From positions 153,884,001 through 153,948,000 of the forward strand of contig OZ024740.1 in NCBI GenBank assembly GCA_964016885.1: 64,000 bases of DNA. Direction: 5' to 3'. Shown here piece by piece: positions 30,743 through 43,440 of this stretch. The translations under genes and the position numbers were made by a program. The notes below the pieces were generated by a model, which saw only the letters and a program-made list of their open reading frames with translations, was not told the origin of the DNA and searched no databases. How positions within the stretch are numbered: position 1 is the stretch's first letter; each line of letters starts with the position of its first letter. This stretch comes from Eledone cirrhosa (lineage: Eukaryota).

Positions 30743-30838
30743 GGCATATTACAATCGTTTCTCTGGCGACCAGCTCGAGGCACGATCGATGTGATGATCG
30801 AACCTGATTCTGAAAATCGCAAGGTCCTCAGATACGTC
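30743..30838 (-). ncRNA. type I hammerhead motif with extended helix II
   Basis: Minus strand reads GACGTAT CTGAGGA CCTTGCGA...TCGCCAGA GAAA C GATT G TA ATATGCC AATAAA. Confidence 0.75.
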
Positions 30839-30926
30839 TTGATTCTACGAATCAGATTTCCCTATTTGAATCTGCATCGAGTGTTCATACGGCCTACCGC
30901 ATACGGAAGCTTTAAGCATCCAACAC

Positions 30927-31016
<90 letters not shown>

Positions 31017-31019
31017 AAG

Positions 31020-31215
31020 AAAAAAATGAAAAATAACCGAGGTGTCCTACACGAGTGAAAGTATAAGGAAAAAAGATGAAATCGAAAATGCAACTGGAGT
31101 CTTATTTAAAAAAAATATATATATATTTATTTGGTTCCTTTACCAGTTTCGCATATGTGAGAAAAACCACAGACCCTCCATCTCAACGCTACTTTTGAAA
31201 AGCAGAATAACTGCG

Positions 31216-31218
<3 letters not shown>
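31020..31218. mobile_element. family D copy, truncated within the ribozyme by (CA)n
   Basis: Near-identical to 28090-28276 and ends TTGAAAAGCAGAATAACTGCGAAAC. Confidence 0.8.
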
Positions 31219-31304
<86 letters not shown>

Positions 31305-31550
31305 GATATATGTATACTATTGTACGTCTGTATACATATATGTATGTACGTATACATAATACTTACATTTAATTATCAGCCGTACTAAGAGTGAGAAATG
31401 AAATTTCGTTTCATTCTTTTTCCATTTATCGTTTTCGGTGCGCCCGGCCGACTAACTCACTCGATATGCAAATTAGGCTGTTCAGCCGTTAATATGCATA
31501 AGGAAAGTATATACTTTCAGACGTTCAATCATCTGGCAAGAAGGTATACA

Positions 31551-31587
31551 ATGCTGACGATAGCTAATAAGCTTGAAACTAGTACAT
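31551..31587 (+). ncRNA. minimal hammerhead ribozyme motif
   Basis: ATG CTGACGA T AGCT AATA AGCT T GAAA CTAG TA CAT, with palindromic helix III ACTAGT. Confidence 0.8.
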
Positions 31588-31940
31588 CGTTCCTTTGTCA
31601 GTGTTGAACAAAAGGGCAACGATGGTTGCTAAACACTGTACGGCTTAATTCGGGATGTTTGTTTACAAACAAACCGAGCATTATAATAAATGTTCGGTAA
31701 ATCCATGCGTACATATACATATATGTGCATGTATGTATACATATATGTACGTCTGTATACATATATGTATGTACGTATACATACATATTTCCATTTAAGT
31801 ATCAGCCGTACTAAGAGTGAGAAATGAAATTTCGTTTCATTCTTTTCCATTTATATATGTATATATATAAGGAAAAAAGATGAAATCGAAAATGCAACTG
31901 GTGTCTTATTTTTCCAAAAATATTTATATTTATTTGGTTC

Positions 31941-31976
31941 CTTTACCGGTTTCGCAGTTCTTCTGCTTTTCAAAAG
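31941..31976 (-). ncRNA. minimal hammerhead motif with U3-A8 core (family D)
   Basis: The minus strand is identical to 28249-28284. It lies inside a fold-back element at 31868-32052. Confidence 0.7.
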
Positions 31977-32049
31977 TAGTGCTGAGATGGAGGGTCTGTA
32001 GCTTTTAAAAAATAAGATTCCAGTTGCATTTTCGATTTCGTCTTTTTTC

Positions 32050-32179
<130 letters not shown>

Positions 32180-32195
32180 ATATATATCACATATA

Positions 32196-32340
32196 TGAAG
32201 GCACGCGGCTTAGTGGGGAGCCCATCGGGCTTGCAATCGTGAGGTTGCAAGTTTGATTCTCGGACCGGGTGATGCGTTATTTCACGTTGCTCCAGTTTAC
32301 TCAGCTAGTGAAATGAATTGCGACGTCACTTATGTCAAGC
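32196..32340 (+). mobile_element. SINE family 2, 5' part
   Basis: tgaaggcacgcggcttagtgg...tctcggaccggg...ttatttcacgttgctccagtttactcagct. Confidence 0.75.
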
Positions 32341-32404
32341 ACACACCTTACAAAAGCAATATGGTGTAGTAGAGAACAAGGGAGAGACACAAAATAACAA
32401 ATTA

Positions 32405-32447
32405 GTCACTGAGGTGGTCACAGAACGTGTGACACAAGAGCTTTGAC
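32405..32447 (+). ncRNA. decayed family C hammerhead copy
   Basis: GTCA CTGAGGT G GTCACA GAACG TGTGAC ACAA GAGC TT TGAC. The core is mutated. Confidence 0.5.
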
Positions 32448-32495
32448 AATAAACAAATAAACAACCAACCAGTTATGAAACTAACCGGCTGGAAA

Positions 32496-32521
32496 TCTGT
32501 ATATATATATATATAAGATTA

Positions 32522-32575
<54 letters not shown>

Positions 32576-33315
32576 TGTGTATTACCTATCTTACGACCGA
32601 TTTTCATGAAACTTTACAGGCTCATAGATTAGTCATCGGGGAGTGTTTTCTATATTTTAACGTTTCGTTTTTTTTTTATTCCGGGGTCATTCTGGAGATA
32701 AAAATCGATAGGGGGGGGGGTCCACCTTTTTTTAGGTATCGAAGAATAGGATTTTTGTCTCTAGCTCCCACATTTTGCTACCGATTTCGTTCAAATTTGA
32801 AAGCAAAATAGAATTTATCATTGCTGATCCTGTAATGGCTTTATATTTTGCATTTGTTGTTGAGGGACGGCGTGGAAGCCGCTTAAATATTCAAAAATAC
32901 CACTTTTAGACTCAAATTTCCACTTTTTCGGCTCTAGCTCCCACATTAATCAACCTACTTTGTTCAAACTTTACACTACGCTAGATCTGATTATTTCACG
33001 TTTTAAATTGTCTTTACATTTTGGATCTTTTGTTCAGCCGCTTAAATATTCGAAAATACGACCTTTTGCTCAAATTTCCGCCTTTTCGGCTCTAGCTCCC
33101 ACATTTTTCAACCGATTTCGTTCCAATTCGAAACACCCTCCCCCAGCATGCCACTTCGTCAGTCACCCGTGTTTCTCAGTGATAGAGGTCATCACCACCC
33201 TCCCCCGCATGGCCTGTGTTTCGCCATAGATGAGTCATCGAGAAGCAGTCGCTAAGATCAACACCTTTTCATCAAAGCAGATATTATTTTACCTACCCAG
33301 GCAACGCTGGGTACT
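32496..33315 (+). mobile_element. non-autonomous Helitron-like element
   Basis: 5' A|TCTGTATATA..TAAGATT, internal (GT)n, three internal repeats (ctctagctcccacatt...accgatttcgttc) and 3' hairpin TACCCAGGCAACGCTGGGTA. Terminal CTAG not retained. Confidence 0.7.
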
Positions 33316-33487
33316 GTGTGTGTGTGTATACTACGTTTTTTATTTGTTTTGCAAGATTTTTTAATCTGAAAATGTTTGTTGAAAGAAATATTGCTGTACA
33401 TTGGAATGGTCATGTTGCCGATAAAAACACACGCCCCTGTTGGTTTTTTACTTCAATTTATTTTGAACTACTAGTAGTTTATTTGTT

Positions 33488-33538
33488 TATTGTCACAGAG
33501 GAGTTCACAGAATGTGTGATGAAAGCGCTTTGACAATA
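33488..33538 (+). ncRNA. family C hammerhead motif (U4A)
   Basis: TATTGTCA CAGAGGA G TTCACA GAATG TGTGAT GAAA GCGC TT TGACAATA. 8 bp helix I and palindromic AGCGCT. Confidence 0.7.
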
Positions 33539-33626
33539 TGCAAAAAGACAACCACTTACACACACACATATACACACAGACCCACACATAGAGACACACA
33601 GACACAGAGACACACAGAGACACAGA

Positions 33627-33720
<94 letters not shown>

Positions 33721-34169
33721 GATATAGATATAGATATATAAATATTAAAAGTGCGAACTATGGTTGTTTAATTATACATAAATTTGATTTCTTTTTTTCT
33801 TTATATATTTTCCTTTGAAAATTTGATATCAATTTTGGAACATTAAAGCCAAAGAAAGAAACGAAAATACCGTAATTACATTGTAAAATTCCTTTTCGAA
33901 AGAGCTTCATATATTAGCGTGTGAACAGCTGTATTGGCGAATAGGCAGTCATGTACGTGTATGAGAAAAAATCGTCCTAGTACTGAACTGATATTTTATT
34001 TATGTACCTCAAACGGATGAAAAGCAAAGTTTACCTCAATGGAATTTCAAGACAGAACGCAGCGAGCTAGAATAAGTAGAAAAATATTTAATCCGACGAG
34101 TTAACGACTCTGCAAAATCACCGCCATACTAGACCTAAACAGTGCGTAGCTTTGAGATCAGAGCGTAGC

Positions 34170-34420
34170 TTCTGGTAGAGCTGCTACTTCTCCGAATTCA
34201 GAGAACATAGCTCCGGTATTACGAACATGTTAGAATGTCTCTAGAAAAAAAAGCTGGGCAGATTTTAGAGGCAAAACCAACTGGCAATAGACTCAGGGGT
34301 AGACCTCGAGAAAGATGATTGGATAACATCCATGAAATCGGCTGGTCTCTCTTGAGGTTCCTGTCTGAAGAAGAAGATATCTCATAAATATAACCGTGTC
34401 CACACGTAAATTCCCATAAG
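34170..34420 (+). mobile_element. RTE-like LINE 3' remnant
   Basis: LLLRIQRT*LRYYEHVRMSLEKKAGQILEAKPTGNRLRGRPRER*LDNI. Confidence 0.7.
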
Positions 34421-34829
34421 AATGTCCTTAAGGACAGTTCAATCTTAAGATTCATTGTCTAATGAAGCTTAAAATTTTGAGAACAGAAACAGAGACAGTC
34501 AGACAAACGATAATGGAAGTGATGACGTCAAGGCTTCTGATTTTAAAATAAATCGAAGATATTCAGCTTAGACAAAGCTCTGTCATTAAACATTTCACTT
34601 TACAACAACGTAGTTGCTGATTCGATTTCACTGCGCGTCACCGACAGTAAACTCGAATTGGCTTATACCTTGGTCTGCTAGAAATAACAGCCAGATCTCT
34701 GCTTACTATGTTTTAATAAGAAGCATATATAATGAGCCAACGAGGTAGTCTATATGCAGTTGTTTTCTCTGATAGAAAAAGAAGCCAAAATAAATGCTTA
34801 TATGATTTTTACATGAAATATATATAGAA

Positions 34830-35032
34830 AGAGGAAGACGTTTAGAGTACGCATGGAGTATGAGGATAATTTCACTCAGTCTCGGAGGTCCTTTAAAAGC
34901 TCATGAGAGCGTAGGAAACTAGTCAGGCCCGTGAAGACTTGGTTGAGATGTATAGAGGAAGAAATCTCTTACCAGCCAGTGCTCCATAGAATGGAAAGGG
35001 AAGTAAAGAAGAAGAAGAAGAAGAAGAAGAAG
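34830..35032 (+). mobile_element. RTE-like LINE 3' remnant with (AAG)n tail
   Basis: RRKLVRPVKTWLRCIEEE followed by (AAG)n. Confidence 0.5.
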
Positions 35033-36793
35033 GTGTTAATTCCCCTCGCCTTTCCCTCCTACTTCACAAAACCAAAAATAAGTCAGAGAAGGTCTCTGCC
35101 TCAGAACTCTCTACTCCTCGTTGCACACGAAGTAAATATATTTTACGAATATTTGATAGAAACATATCCAGTTTCAGCGTTTAACTGAGAATGAAGTATA
35201 TATTTCACTTTCTTCGCTAATAAATAATGACATTCTCTCTGGCGAGAAAGTTTACAACGAAAGAATCAGCCTACATCTCTCTATTAGATCTATGTTTAAT
35301 GTGCAATGACATTTCGTGTAACACGTTTGTTCTTTGTGTTCAACATAACTACATCGTGTTTTCATGTACTTTAACTAAAGTAGTATCATTCAGTCACACC
35401 GTGTACAATCAATAGCATGTACGGAAGTAATGCAACTTAATCTTACAGCGTTGATTGCCAGAATGAGACAGTTAGTGAGAGAGGGAGGAAGTCTTGAGCT
35501 ATTTAACTTCGTTTATGTCGCTAATTCCTTCAGTTCTTATTCACCATGTCATTCTTTTACTTTATCTTTTCTAAGATTCATGCTTTCATTTTGACAGTCA
35601 AGCAGGAGAGAATTTAGTACTTTACTCCGGGTATAATCACAATACCAATGAAAGATTGGAAACGAATCCATAATGTTCACTTAAATACGATTTTCAAAGA
35701 AATTTTAGTTTCTTATTTCAGTTTAAAACTAGATTTCAATCCATTAAGGTCAGTTGATTAGAATTGTGAATTACAAATACGCACAGAACATGTTCTGAAA
35801 TGGTCCCACTGGTAATTGAGATTGCTTAGAAAACTCAACTATCTGCGATTTTATTTCTCCTCTACGGCACTTTCGTAATTCTCCACTTACAGATTATTTT
35901 AATAAAATTCATATTTAAAACCACTGATACGAAGCTATATATTTTGTATTTTAGAGGAGCGTGTGGTCGATTCAAGTGACTTTCAATACACTACTGATCC
36001 TTAATCTATTGCTCCCATAAATAAGAAAAGCAAAGTTAACCACAGTTGGATCTTAGCTCAAAGCATAAAGAGATGTGCTTATATACAGCAAGGCATTTTA
36101 TGTGGACCAATCCACCGTCCTTAAAATCATAATTACACATGGTGGCATTTTTTACAAATAAAAATAGTTATCTAGTTTATATTTCTTTAAGATTGACTTC
36201 TAGCATAGACACATGACAATGGATTGTAGAAGAGCATTTACAATCGCATCGGTATCCGTGTTTGATCGGCACGTATACCGACGATAAAGGGATGAAAGTC
36301 AAAATTCACTTCGACTGGTCTTGAAACCAGAGATCAACCGAACTTCACTAAATATGGTAAAAGTACGTTTGTTGAATGCCCACATCTTGGATGCCTAGCG
36401 TTCGTTGGTAAGATGGAGAACGATCTTAAGAGTAGGACGCAAATATATAAAGAATGGAGAAGATTGGAGAAATAATGTCGAAAGCTGGATGTGAAAAGAG
36501 TGAGTGGAAAGCAAGTAAGCCATAGTCTGGTTATGGTGGAGGGGATTTGAGAGGCATGATTCAACCAGAATTGCACATAACTCTTTTAGTATTTGCACCC
36601 ATAAGCTTTCTTAGATTTCGGGACTCACGTAAACAAGATATGAACGTCAAAACTTCTCATTTTGCTTCAGACTAAAACCGTCAAGTTAAAAATTCCTATT
36701 CTTGCACATGTCAAACCTTTTGTTTTTTTGCCATTGCTTGGTGGTGATGGTGGTGGTGATTTTATTGATAAAGATGATGAAGAAGCTGATAAT

Positions 36794-37393
36794 AATTGTT
36801 TCTGTTTTGGGCACAAATCCAACAATTAGGAAGGAAGAGGAAAGTCGATTAAATCGACCCCAGTGTGTTACTGGTACTTTATTTTATCAACACCAAAAGG
36901 ATGAAATGCAAAATTAACATCATTGGTATTTAAACTCAGAACCTTAAAGGGACGAAACTTTATGTCACAAAGCATATTGTTCGATGCTCTACCGATACTG
37001 CCGATCCACCGCCCTGAAGCAGCTGATAATAATGATGATTGTAATAATTCTTTTTAACATTGTGACAAAACCAGCAGTTTGGGGGAAAGGGAGTCGCAGG
37101 CAAGGTTGGCCTTGGTGGGATTTGTACTCACAGTCATAAGTAAGTAGATAAAATCTTTTGACCGGCGTTCTACGGATATTGCCAATAACGATAATAATGA
37201 TGAATATAATATTGTTTCTACTTTTTGGCACAAGGCCAGCAATTATCCCAGTACATTACTGGTACTTTATTTTATCGACCCCGTAAGGATGAAAGGCAAA
37301 GTCAACCTCGGCGGGAATTGAACTCAGATCGTAAAGGGACGTAACTATGCTGGAAAGCATAATCCAACCCTCCACCGATACTGCCAATTCACC
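36794..37393 (-). mobile_element. cluster of minus-strand tRNA-derived SINE copies
   Basis: Copies at about 36794-37014 and 37207-37393, with a degenerate copy between them. Confidence 0.82.
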
Positions 37394-37499
37394 CTGATGA
37401 ATATAATAATGATGACGGGTACAGCACAGATACATAAACACATGTCGAGCTCATATATATTTCCTCACATAAACATAACAGCACTGAAATATAAGCTCT

Positions 37500-37643
37500 C
37501 ATACATAATACATACATACATGCATACATAAATAAACGTACATACATATACATACATATACATACATGCATACATACATACATACATACATACATACATA
37601 CATACATACATACATACATACATACATACATACATACATACAT
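37500..37643. repeat. (TACA)n microsatellite
   Basis: Read directly from the sequence. Confidence 0.95.
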
Positions 37644-39262
37644 CGAATGTTGTGGAAAATACTATCGATAATGATAATAATCAAAAGTATAAACAATTAA
37701 TTCATGTATAAATATATCTCTTGCTGAACGTATTAAAACGACAATATTTAATAAAAAAACAAATAATGAAATACTACGTGTTATTGATGAAATGCGGGAT
37801 GAATATTTACGACGGATAAAAACCCCAACATTTTGGCAAGTCAACGCCTGTTTATTTGCCTTAGCAATGACAGTGAAGCATTATCTTGGTGATAGCAGAG
37901 ATATTAACAAGAACAAAACACCACCAAAAATACCATCATATATAACTAAAATAGAAAAAAAGATTGCTGACCTTCGAAAAACCATAGGACATGTGACAAT
38001 GCTCCTTACATGCAAACAAACACAAAAAAACCTCACTCCTCACCAACAAAGAGTGAAAAATAAAATAGAGACGATGTTTGGTAACAGTAGAACCAGAACT
38101 CTCCAATATAAGCTGATCACCCTCAAACAAGAATTGAGAGCTGTTAGCGAAAAACGCCGATACCTGAAGAAGGTAGACGAGAGAAAAATGCTTAATAAAA
38201 GATTCAGACGAAACCAAACATCAGTCTATAGAGATATGAAGGGCAAAATAATAAGTGTCACTGAGGCCCTATCCCAGAAAGACATAGATTCCTTTTGGAG
38301 CAAAATATGGGGTGAAAAGAAGAATTTCAACCAAGATGCAGTGTGGCTAAAAGAAATCCGAAAGAACTATTACTCCTACACTACAACAAAAACATACAAA
38401 ATAAGTGAGGGTACCCTTGAGACTGTGATAGGAAAACTCCAAGATAAGAAAACACCAGGAAGAGACATGATTGTCGGCTACTGGTACAACAAACTGATAT
38501 TCTATCGGAGGTATCTTACTGACCTATAGCAACAAGTTCTTAAGGTTAATATCACTAAACAATTTAGCTCCTGTTTCTTCTACAACAACTACAACGGTAC
38601 GCAATGGGGCCCACCCACAGCCTCGGCGGACAGAATGGAGAAGGCGTTGTGTAAATTCCAATGAGAGAATCTTGTGTTTATGTTAGAAACGGACTCTCTC
38701 TCTATTGGGAAAAAAATTGTGAAATTATAAAACCAGAAGAACATACATACATACATACATACATACATACATACATACATACATACATACATACATACAT
38801 ACATACATACATACATAAAAACTGCCACCAAATTAAAGTACAAGCGGCCTGATATTGTTGTTTGGGACCACAAAACATGTTCTGTTGTGGAGAACAGCTG
38901 CCCACTTGATGTAAACGTTGTCAGAAAAATACAGGAGAAGGAGGACATCTACGGACCATTGATGAGGAGTTTACAAATCCAGTATCCAAGATACACCTTT
39001 AGTTTCTTACCCATCATTATTGGAGCTACGGGTTATATACCAACCCGCTTGGATCAATGTATAACTGAACTTGGATTTGCGGACAAAGATCGCAGCTCCC
39101 TAATTCATAGTCTACAAATGGTTGCGATAGCTGGCACCTTCAAAATTTGCAAAACATTCTTGCGACTCAAGGGATGACAATTTCTTTTCTTTTACAACCT
39201 TGCCACCAGGAAGGTGGCCGGTCAAAAATATACTCGAAATTAAGAGAAAGAGATAACATACA
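37644..39262 (+). mobile_element. R4/Dong-like non-LTR retrotransposon remnant, most of the RT deleted
   Basis: NKRFRRNQTSVYR...FWSKIWG...DAVWL...KTPGRDMIVGYWY (pre-RT region) and KRPDIVVWD..VENSCPLDVNV..K..EK...PIIIGATG (RLE). Stop at 39177. Confidence 0.8.
38605..38650 (-). mobile_element. tiny CRE-like 3' end fragment nested in the R4-like element
   Basis: Minus-strand aacgccttctccattctgtccgccgaggctgtgg matches 7405-7436. Confidence 0.65.
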
Positions 39263-39390
39263 TGATCCTATGTCAAAGTTTCTATACAATAACTGCATTG
39301 AAAACTAATTCCATCGTATTGCCAGACAAACTAAAAGCTGGCGCTGAAAGCTGCTTATTTCAACATGACAAAACATTTAATAGTGTAGAG

Positions 39391-40680
39391 CAAAGGTTCT
39401 CAACCCATTTCAGCCCATTTTCAACCCATTTTGCCCCTCAAAATCACGAAACGCCCCCTACCCTATTTTTCCATTTTTCAATATACTACTGATTTTGATA
39501 TCAGTAGATCAGTAAAAATTGATTAACGATATTCCAAAGATACCATTGCAGGCAGTTGAAAGTATAAATACATTCCTTGAAAGGAAGTATATACATTTAA
39601 AAAAAAGGAACATAAATGTTCTTTTTTATGAATAAGGACCAGCTGAATTTGTTATATTCCCACCAGACGATACCAGCTATTTTGAACATTTATGCAAGAG
39701 CAACTCTGTCTATCCAAAGAGTGCTCTTATCTGGAAGAAAGTGGCAAGTGTATTATTTCAAAGCTTTCCAATTTTCCCTTTAATGAAACGGACAGAATAA
39801 ATGTTGATATCTAACTTGATGTCCCCTCCGCTTTGTGAGCTTAGAGACCACGCAAGAGGGTTTTCATGACCACGTAAGAGGGTATATTCATTAGTAAACG
39901 GTAAAATATATACAACAAATGAGTAAGTGAATTGTGGTAGATGCTTTCCAGTCCAGTCAGACTGCAACTACAAATAAAAAATCGACTTACTTTGACCTCG
40001 TATCAATGGGACCCTTGAACTTCATGGAGTTTAGCTAACTCTTTGACGTCAGGCTGGATTTTCGTGAACTGTAGCCGGAGATCTCCACGTGCAATCACAT
40101 TGTAGCGGTTGCGAGCCTTACTATGCAGTCTGGAAACAACGCCAAACCCCCTCTCGACTAAGTATGAGCTAAGAAAAGGCAAAGCAAATGTCTTAGCCTC
40201 TGCATGTAGGAGTGGAAATCGACGCTGAATTTCCTCTTGCATCCCAAAAAGGGGTTCACCTAATTTTGAAAATTTTATTTTGATAATGTCATCTGTCTGA
40301 AGTTCAATTAATTCTTCCTGAAATTTAACGTCGAAATCGTCGACGTTAGCTATGAAGGCATCTGCTATCCACATTGGGATGTCCATCTGCAAAAGGTCGA
40401 CAAACCGTTCTCTCATGTTGTCTTGTAGTGCACGGAGGTGCGCGGTATAAATTTGGAGTTGGTCATCGCTCACAATGTTTTGAACATTGGCGACACTAGG
40501 AAAATTATAGAATTCCCGCCGACAAAGATTCCTTTCGATGACTTTCAATTTGGCCAGGAATATTTTCACAGCGTTCCTTGCTTTAAACAAGGTGATCTCC
40601 TCCAAAGCCATAATGAGGCTATTGCATTTGTCGAGGATGACGGCGAAGTAGGCGCAGTCTTGCCTCACATCGAGGTTTTT
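39391..40680 (-). mobile_element. hAT Buster/Charlie-type transposon, 3' part with terminal repeat
   Basis: ORF 40003-40668 ends LPFLSSYLVERGF...RNR...RGDLRL...HEVQGSH. Terminus CAAAGGTTCTCAACC at 39391 is preceded by GTGTAGAG (NNNTANNN Buster-type target). Confidence 0.82.
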
Positions 40681-40719
40681 TTTTTATACAGTTCTGTGTT
40701 GCGTCCTCGAAGAAACTCA

Positions 40720-41200
40720 ATGATAGAGTCGAACAGTTCAAAGAAGCAACATGCTACCTAGATTGAAGATGGTACTTTGAAAAGATTTCTTCAATCCTTC
40801 AAGGAATTGAAGTAATGGAACTACAACGTGCAATCCAAGAACACATTGGCCCGGAGAGTGACACGTAAGAATAACATTAGCTCTGTATACAATGTTGGTG
40901 ACAAACTCATTTGTTGCCTCTTGTAAAGAAATAGGGACATCTGAATAATTATCAAGAAGGGCTTTGACTGCAGAAAGACGTGTTAGCCATCGAGTAGGGC
41001 ACACAGGAGCGAGGTGACGATACTTCATTTTCTTCATCATGTTGTGATAAATACGCTTGCTTAAATTTCCCTGATGTACTATATAGTTTCCGCAATTCAT
41101 TCACGTAATCTAGAACAGTTTTGATAAGTGAAGCTTGTTGTACGGACTTAGTTATAATAAGTTGAGAAATATGAATGCCGCAGTGCACGCAATGGGCCAA
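40720..41200 (-). mobile_element. hAT transposase fragment of ZMYM1/Tip100-like type
   Basis: AHCVHCGIHISQL (CxxH) and CPTRWLTRLSAVKALLDNY (RW motif), frameshifted. Confidence 0.7.
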
Positions 41201-41648
41201 ATCAAGTTATGTTAGAATCTTTAAAAAGATCTTTAAAAAATACCCGTACGAATTAAATACAAAAAGAAGTTTCAGTCCAAAACAAAAGCAAACTATTTCA
41301 AATTATATATTTTTGAAAAATAGACGTGAATGTTCTCAAAGACTTGATTTCAGTCGAAAAAGCTTTTTTTTAAATTCTATATTTCACTGTTAGCTGTTGT
41401 AATATTTTGATTGGATAAACAATTCTACAATTCAAGATGTAAAATATGAAGAATTTCTTACCTTTCTCTGAAATCACAAACTCAGGGGAAAAATAGTACC
41501 TTGCAAAATAAAATACCTCGTAGCAAAATAAAATACCTAGCAACGAATTAATTGAGAAGCTTGGAGACAGTGAGAAAGTAGTATTTGTATCCCTTATATA
41601 TAGATAGATAGATACACAGACACACACAAACACACATAGACGCGCGTG

Positions 41649-41685
<37 letters not shown>

Positions 41686-41689
41686 ACGC

Positions 41690-41747
<58 letters not shown>

Positions 41748-41963
41748 ACACACACACAAAGGTGTGTGTGTGTGTGCCTTGGTTTGGGTACAGAAATAAT
41801 TTTGTCTACAGTTTTTTATTGCCAGGTCAAAGGCCACTGCTCTTTTCAACAACGCCAAATAACAACGTTCCACACACACACATACACACACGCACACATA
41901 TATATATATATAAATGAAGAGAGAAAGAGAGAGTGTAAGAAATGTGTGTGTGTTTGGTACACG

Positions 41964-42019
<56 letters not shown>

Positions 42020-42020
42020 C

Positions 42021-43092
42021 GTATTCCTCACCGGACAACCGGTGTGGGCCCCGTTCGTGAGGCGAGCCTTCCCACGACTTGTCTCGCTGACCGAGCTGCA
42101 GTCCTGGGTCAAGCAGAGACCGAGGAAAATGGGCGACTGGCACATCGAATGTGCTCAGGCGCTCACAGCCCTCTGGCAGGCGGACCCGGCGGTCAGTGGA
42201 GACTCCACTTCGTCATTCTATAGAGGGTTGGTCTGCAGCAAGTGCGACGACGCGCTCGGTGAAACTCTAGGCGTAGAGGAAGATGAACTGGCCAGTCTGT
42301 TCGGTAGGACCTTCCGCCCGGGACCGATGGACAACTTCCAAAAGTCCCTGGCCTGGCAGTGCTACCGAGGAGCTCTACCAGTTCGAGACAAGCTCTACAG
42401 ACATAGGCGCCCGGGCAGGGACCCTGCAAAAAAGATCTGTCCGAGGTGTGTGCGAGACGAAGAAACCGTCGCGCACGCATTCATACACTGCCCGGGCGTC
42501 ACTGACCTGTGGGGCTATGTAGAACGACTATTGTCGCGGGTGGGACCAGTCCAGTTGACCACCGAGTCCATTGTCATGATCAAACCGCCACCCTCCTTCA
42601 AAAACGAAGGAGAGGCGGTTTTCCTTTGTGTGATAGCTATGGCGAAAGAGGTTGTATGGTGGACAAGGTTGAAAGGGCTGAGGTCAGACACCTTTCTCTC
42701 CGGCCAACAACTGATTCTTTTTTTCAAATACCACTTTGGAAGAAGAATCAGGATGGAGAGAGAGGTGCTGTACCCCAGCAAGTTTTATGAAAGGTGGGTG
42801 AAAGTGGCGAGAATGGCCCGAGTGAATGGGCCTTCTCCCTATATCAGCCTGTAGGTTGAGGAAAAGGAGGAGGAGAGGAAAGGAGTACAAGCTCTTCGTA
42901 CTCCTGGAGATGAGGGTTGCACATTTTTTTTCGGGGGTACGTGTTACCCATATAAACTGTCTCCCTCTATTGGGGAAAATCGACTAATTTTTAAATTCCA
43001 TCTGTGATAACATTTTACACGTTTTTATTGTATGTAAACTTCCCCCTTTGTATTTGTCCCCTTCTTTTGTGCCCCTGTGGCTAATAAAGAAA
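42021..43092 (+). mobile_element. 5'-truncated Tx1-like LINE copy inside (TATC)n
   Basis: Open frame to 42854 with CPRC..ETVAHAFIHC, homologous to 3129-3931. (TATC)n at 41964-42019 and 43095-43126. Confidence 0.92.
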
Positions 43093-43219
43093 TATATCTA
43101 TCTATCTATCTATCTATCTATTTATCTCCAACAGGGGGCTCACACATGCGGCTCGCGAACTACTTATCTGTGGCCCGTGGTAGAACCAATATTTCATATC
43201 GCATTACAACTGGTGAAAA

Positions 43220-43440
43220 TAAGGCGGCGAGCTGGTGGAATCGTTAGCACATCTGGCGAAATGCTTAACAGTACTACTTCCGTTTTTACGTTCTGAGTTC
43301 AAATTCCGCCGATCTCAACTTTGCCTTACATCCTTTTGGGGTCGATGAATTAAGTACCAGTTGTGTACTAGGATCGATGCAATCGACTGAACCCTAAACC
43401 CCAAATTTCATGCCTTGTTCCTATAGTACAAATGATTATA
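43220..43440 (+). mobile_element. tRNA-derived SINE
   Basis: aaggcggcgagctggtggaatcgttagc...gagttcaaattccgccg...ggggtcgatgaattaagtaccag. Confidence 0.85.

Noticed and set aside
32740-33130. Regularly spaced repeats as a CRISPR-like array
   Set aside because: The repeats are degenerate with homologous spacers inside a Helitron-like element, in a eukaryotic context with no cas genes.
37391-37420. CTGATGA hammerhead core
   Set aside because: There is no helix II/GAAA/helix III arrangement downstream.
41646-42854. 402 aa ORF as a novel fusion protein
   Set aside because: The N-terminal part is microsatellite read-through, and only 42021 onward is LINE ORF2.
43131-43185. Possible hAT/Charlie MITE end (cagggggctcacacatgcggctcgcg)
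   Set aside because: It is too short, and no partner TIR or TSD was found.
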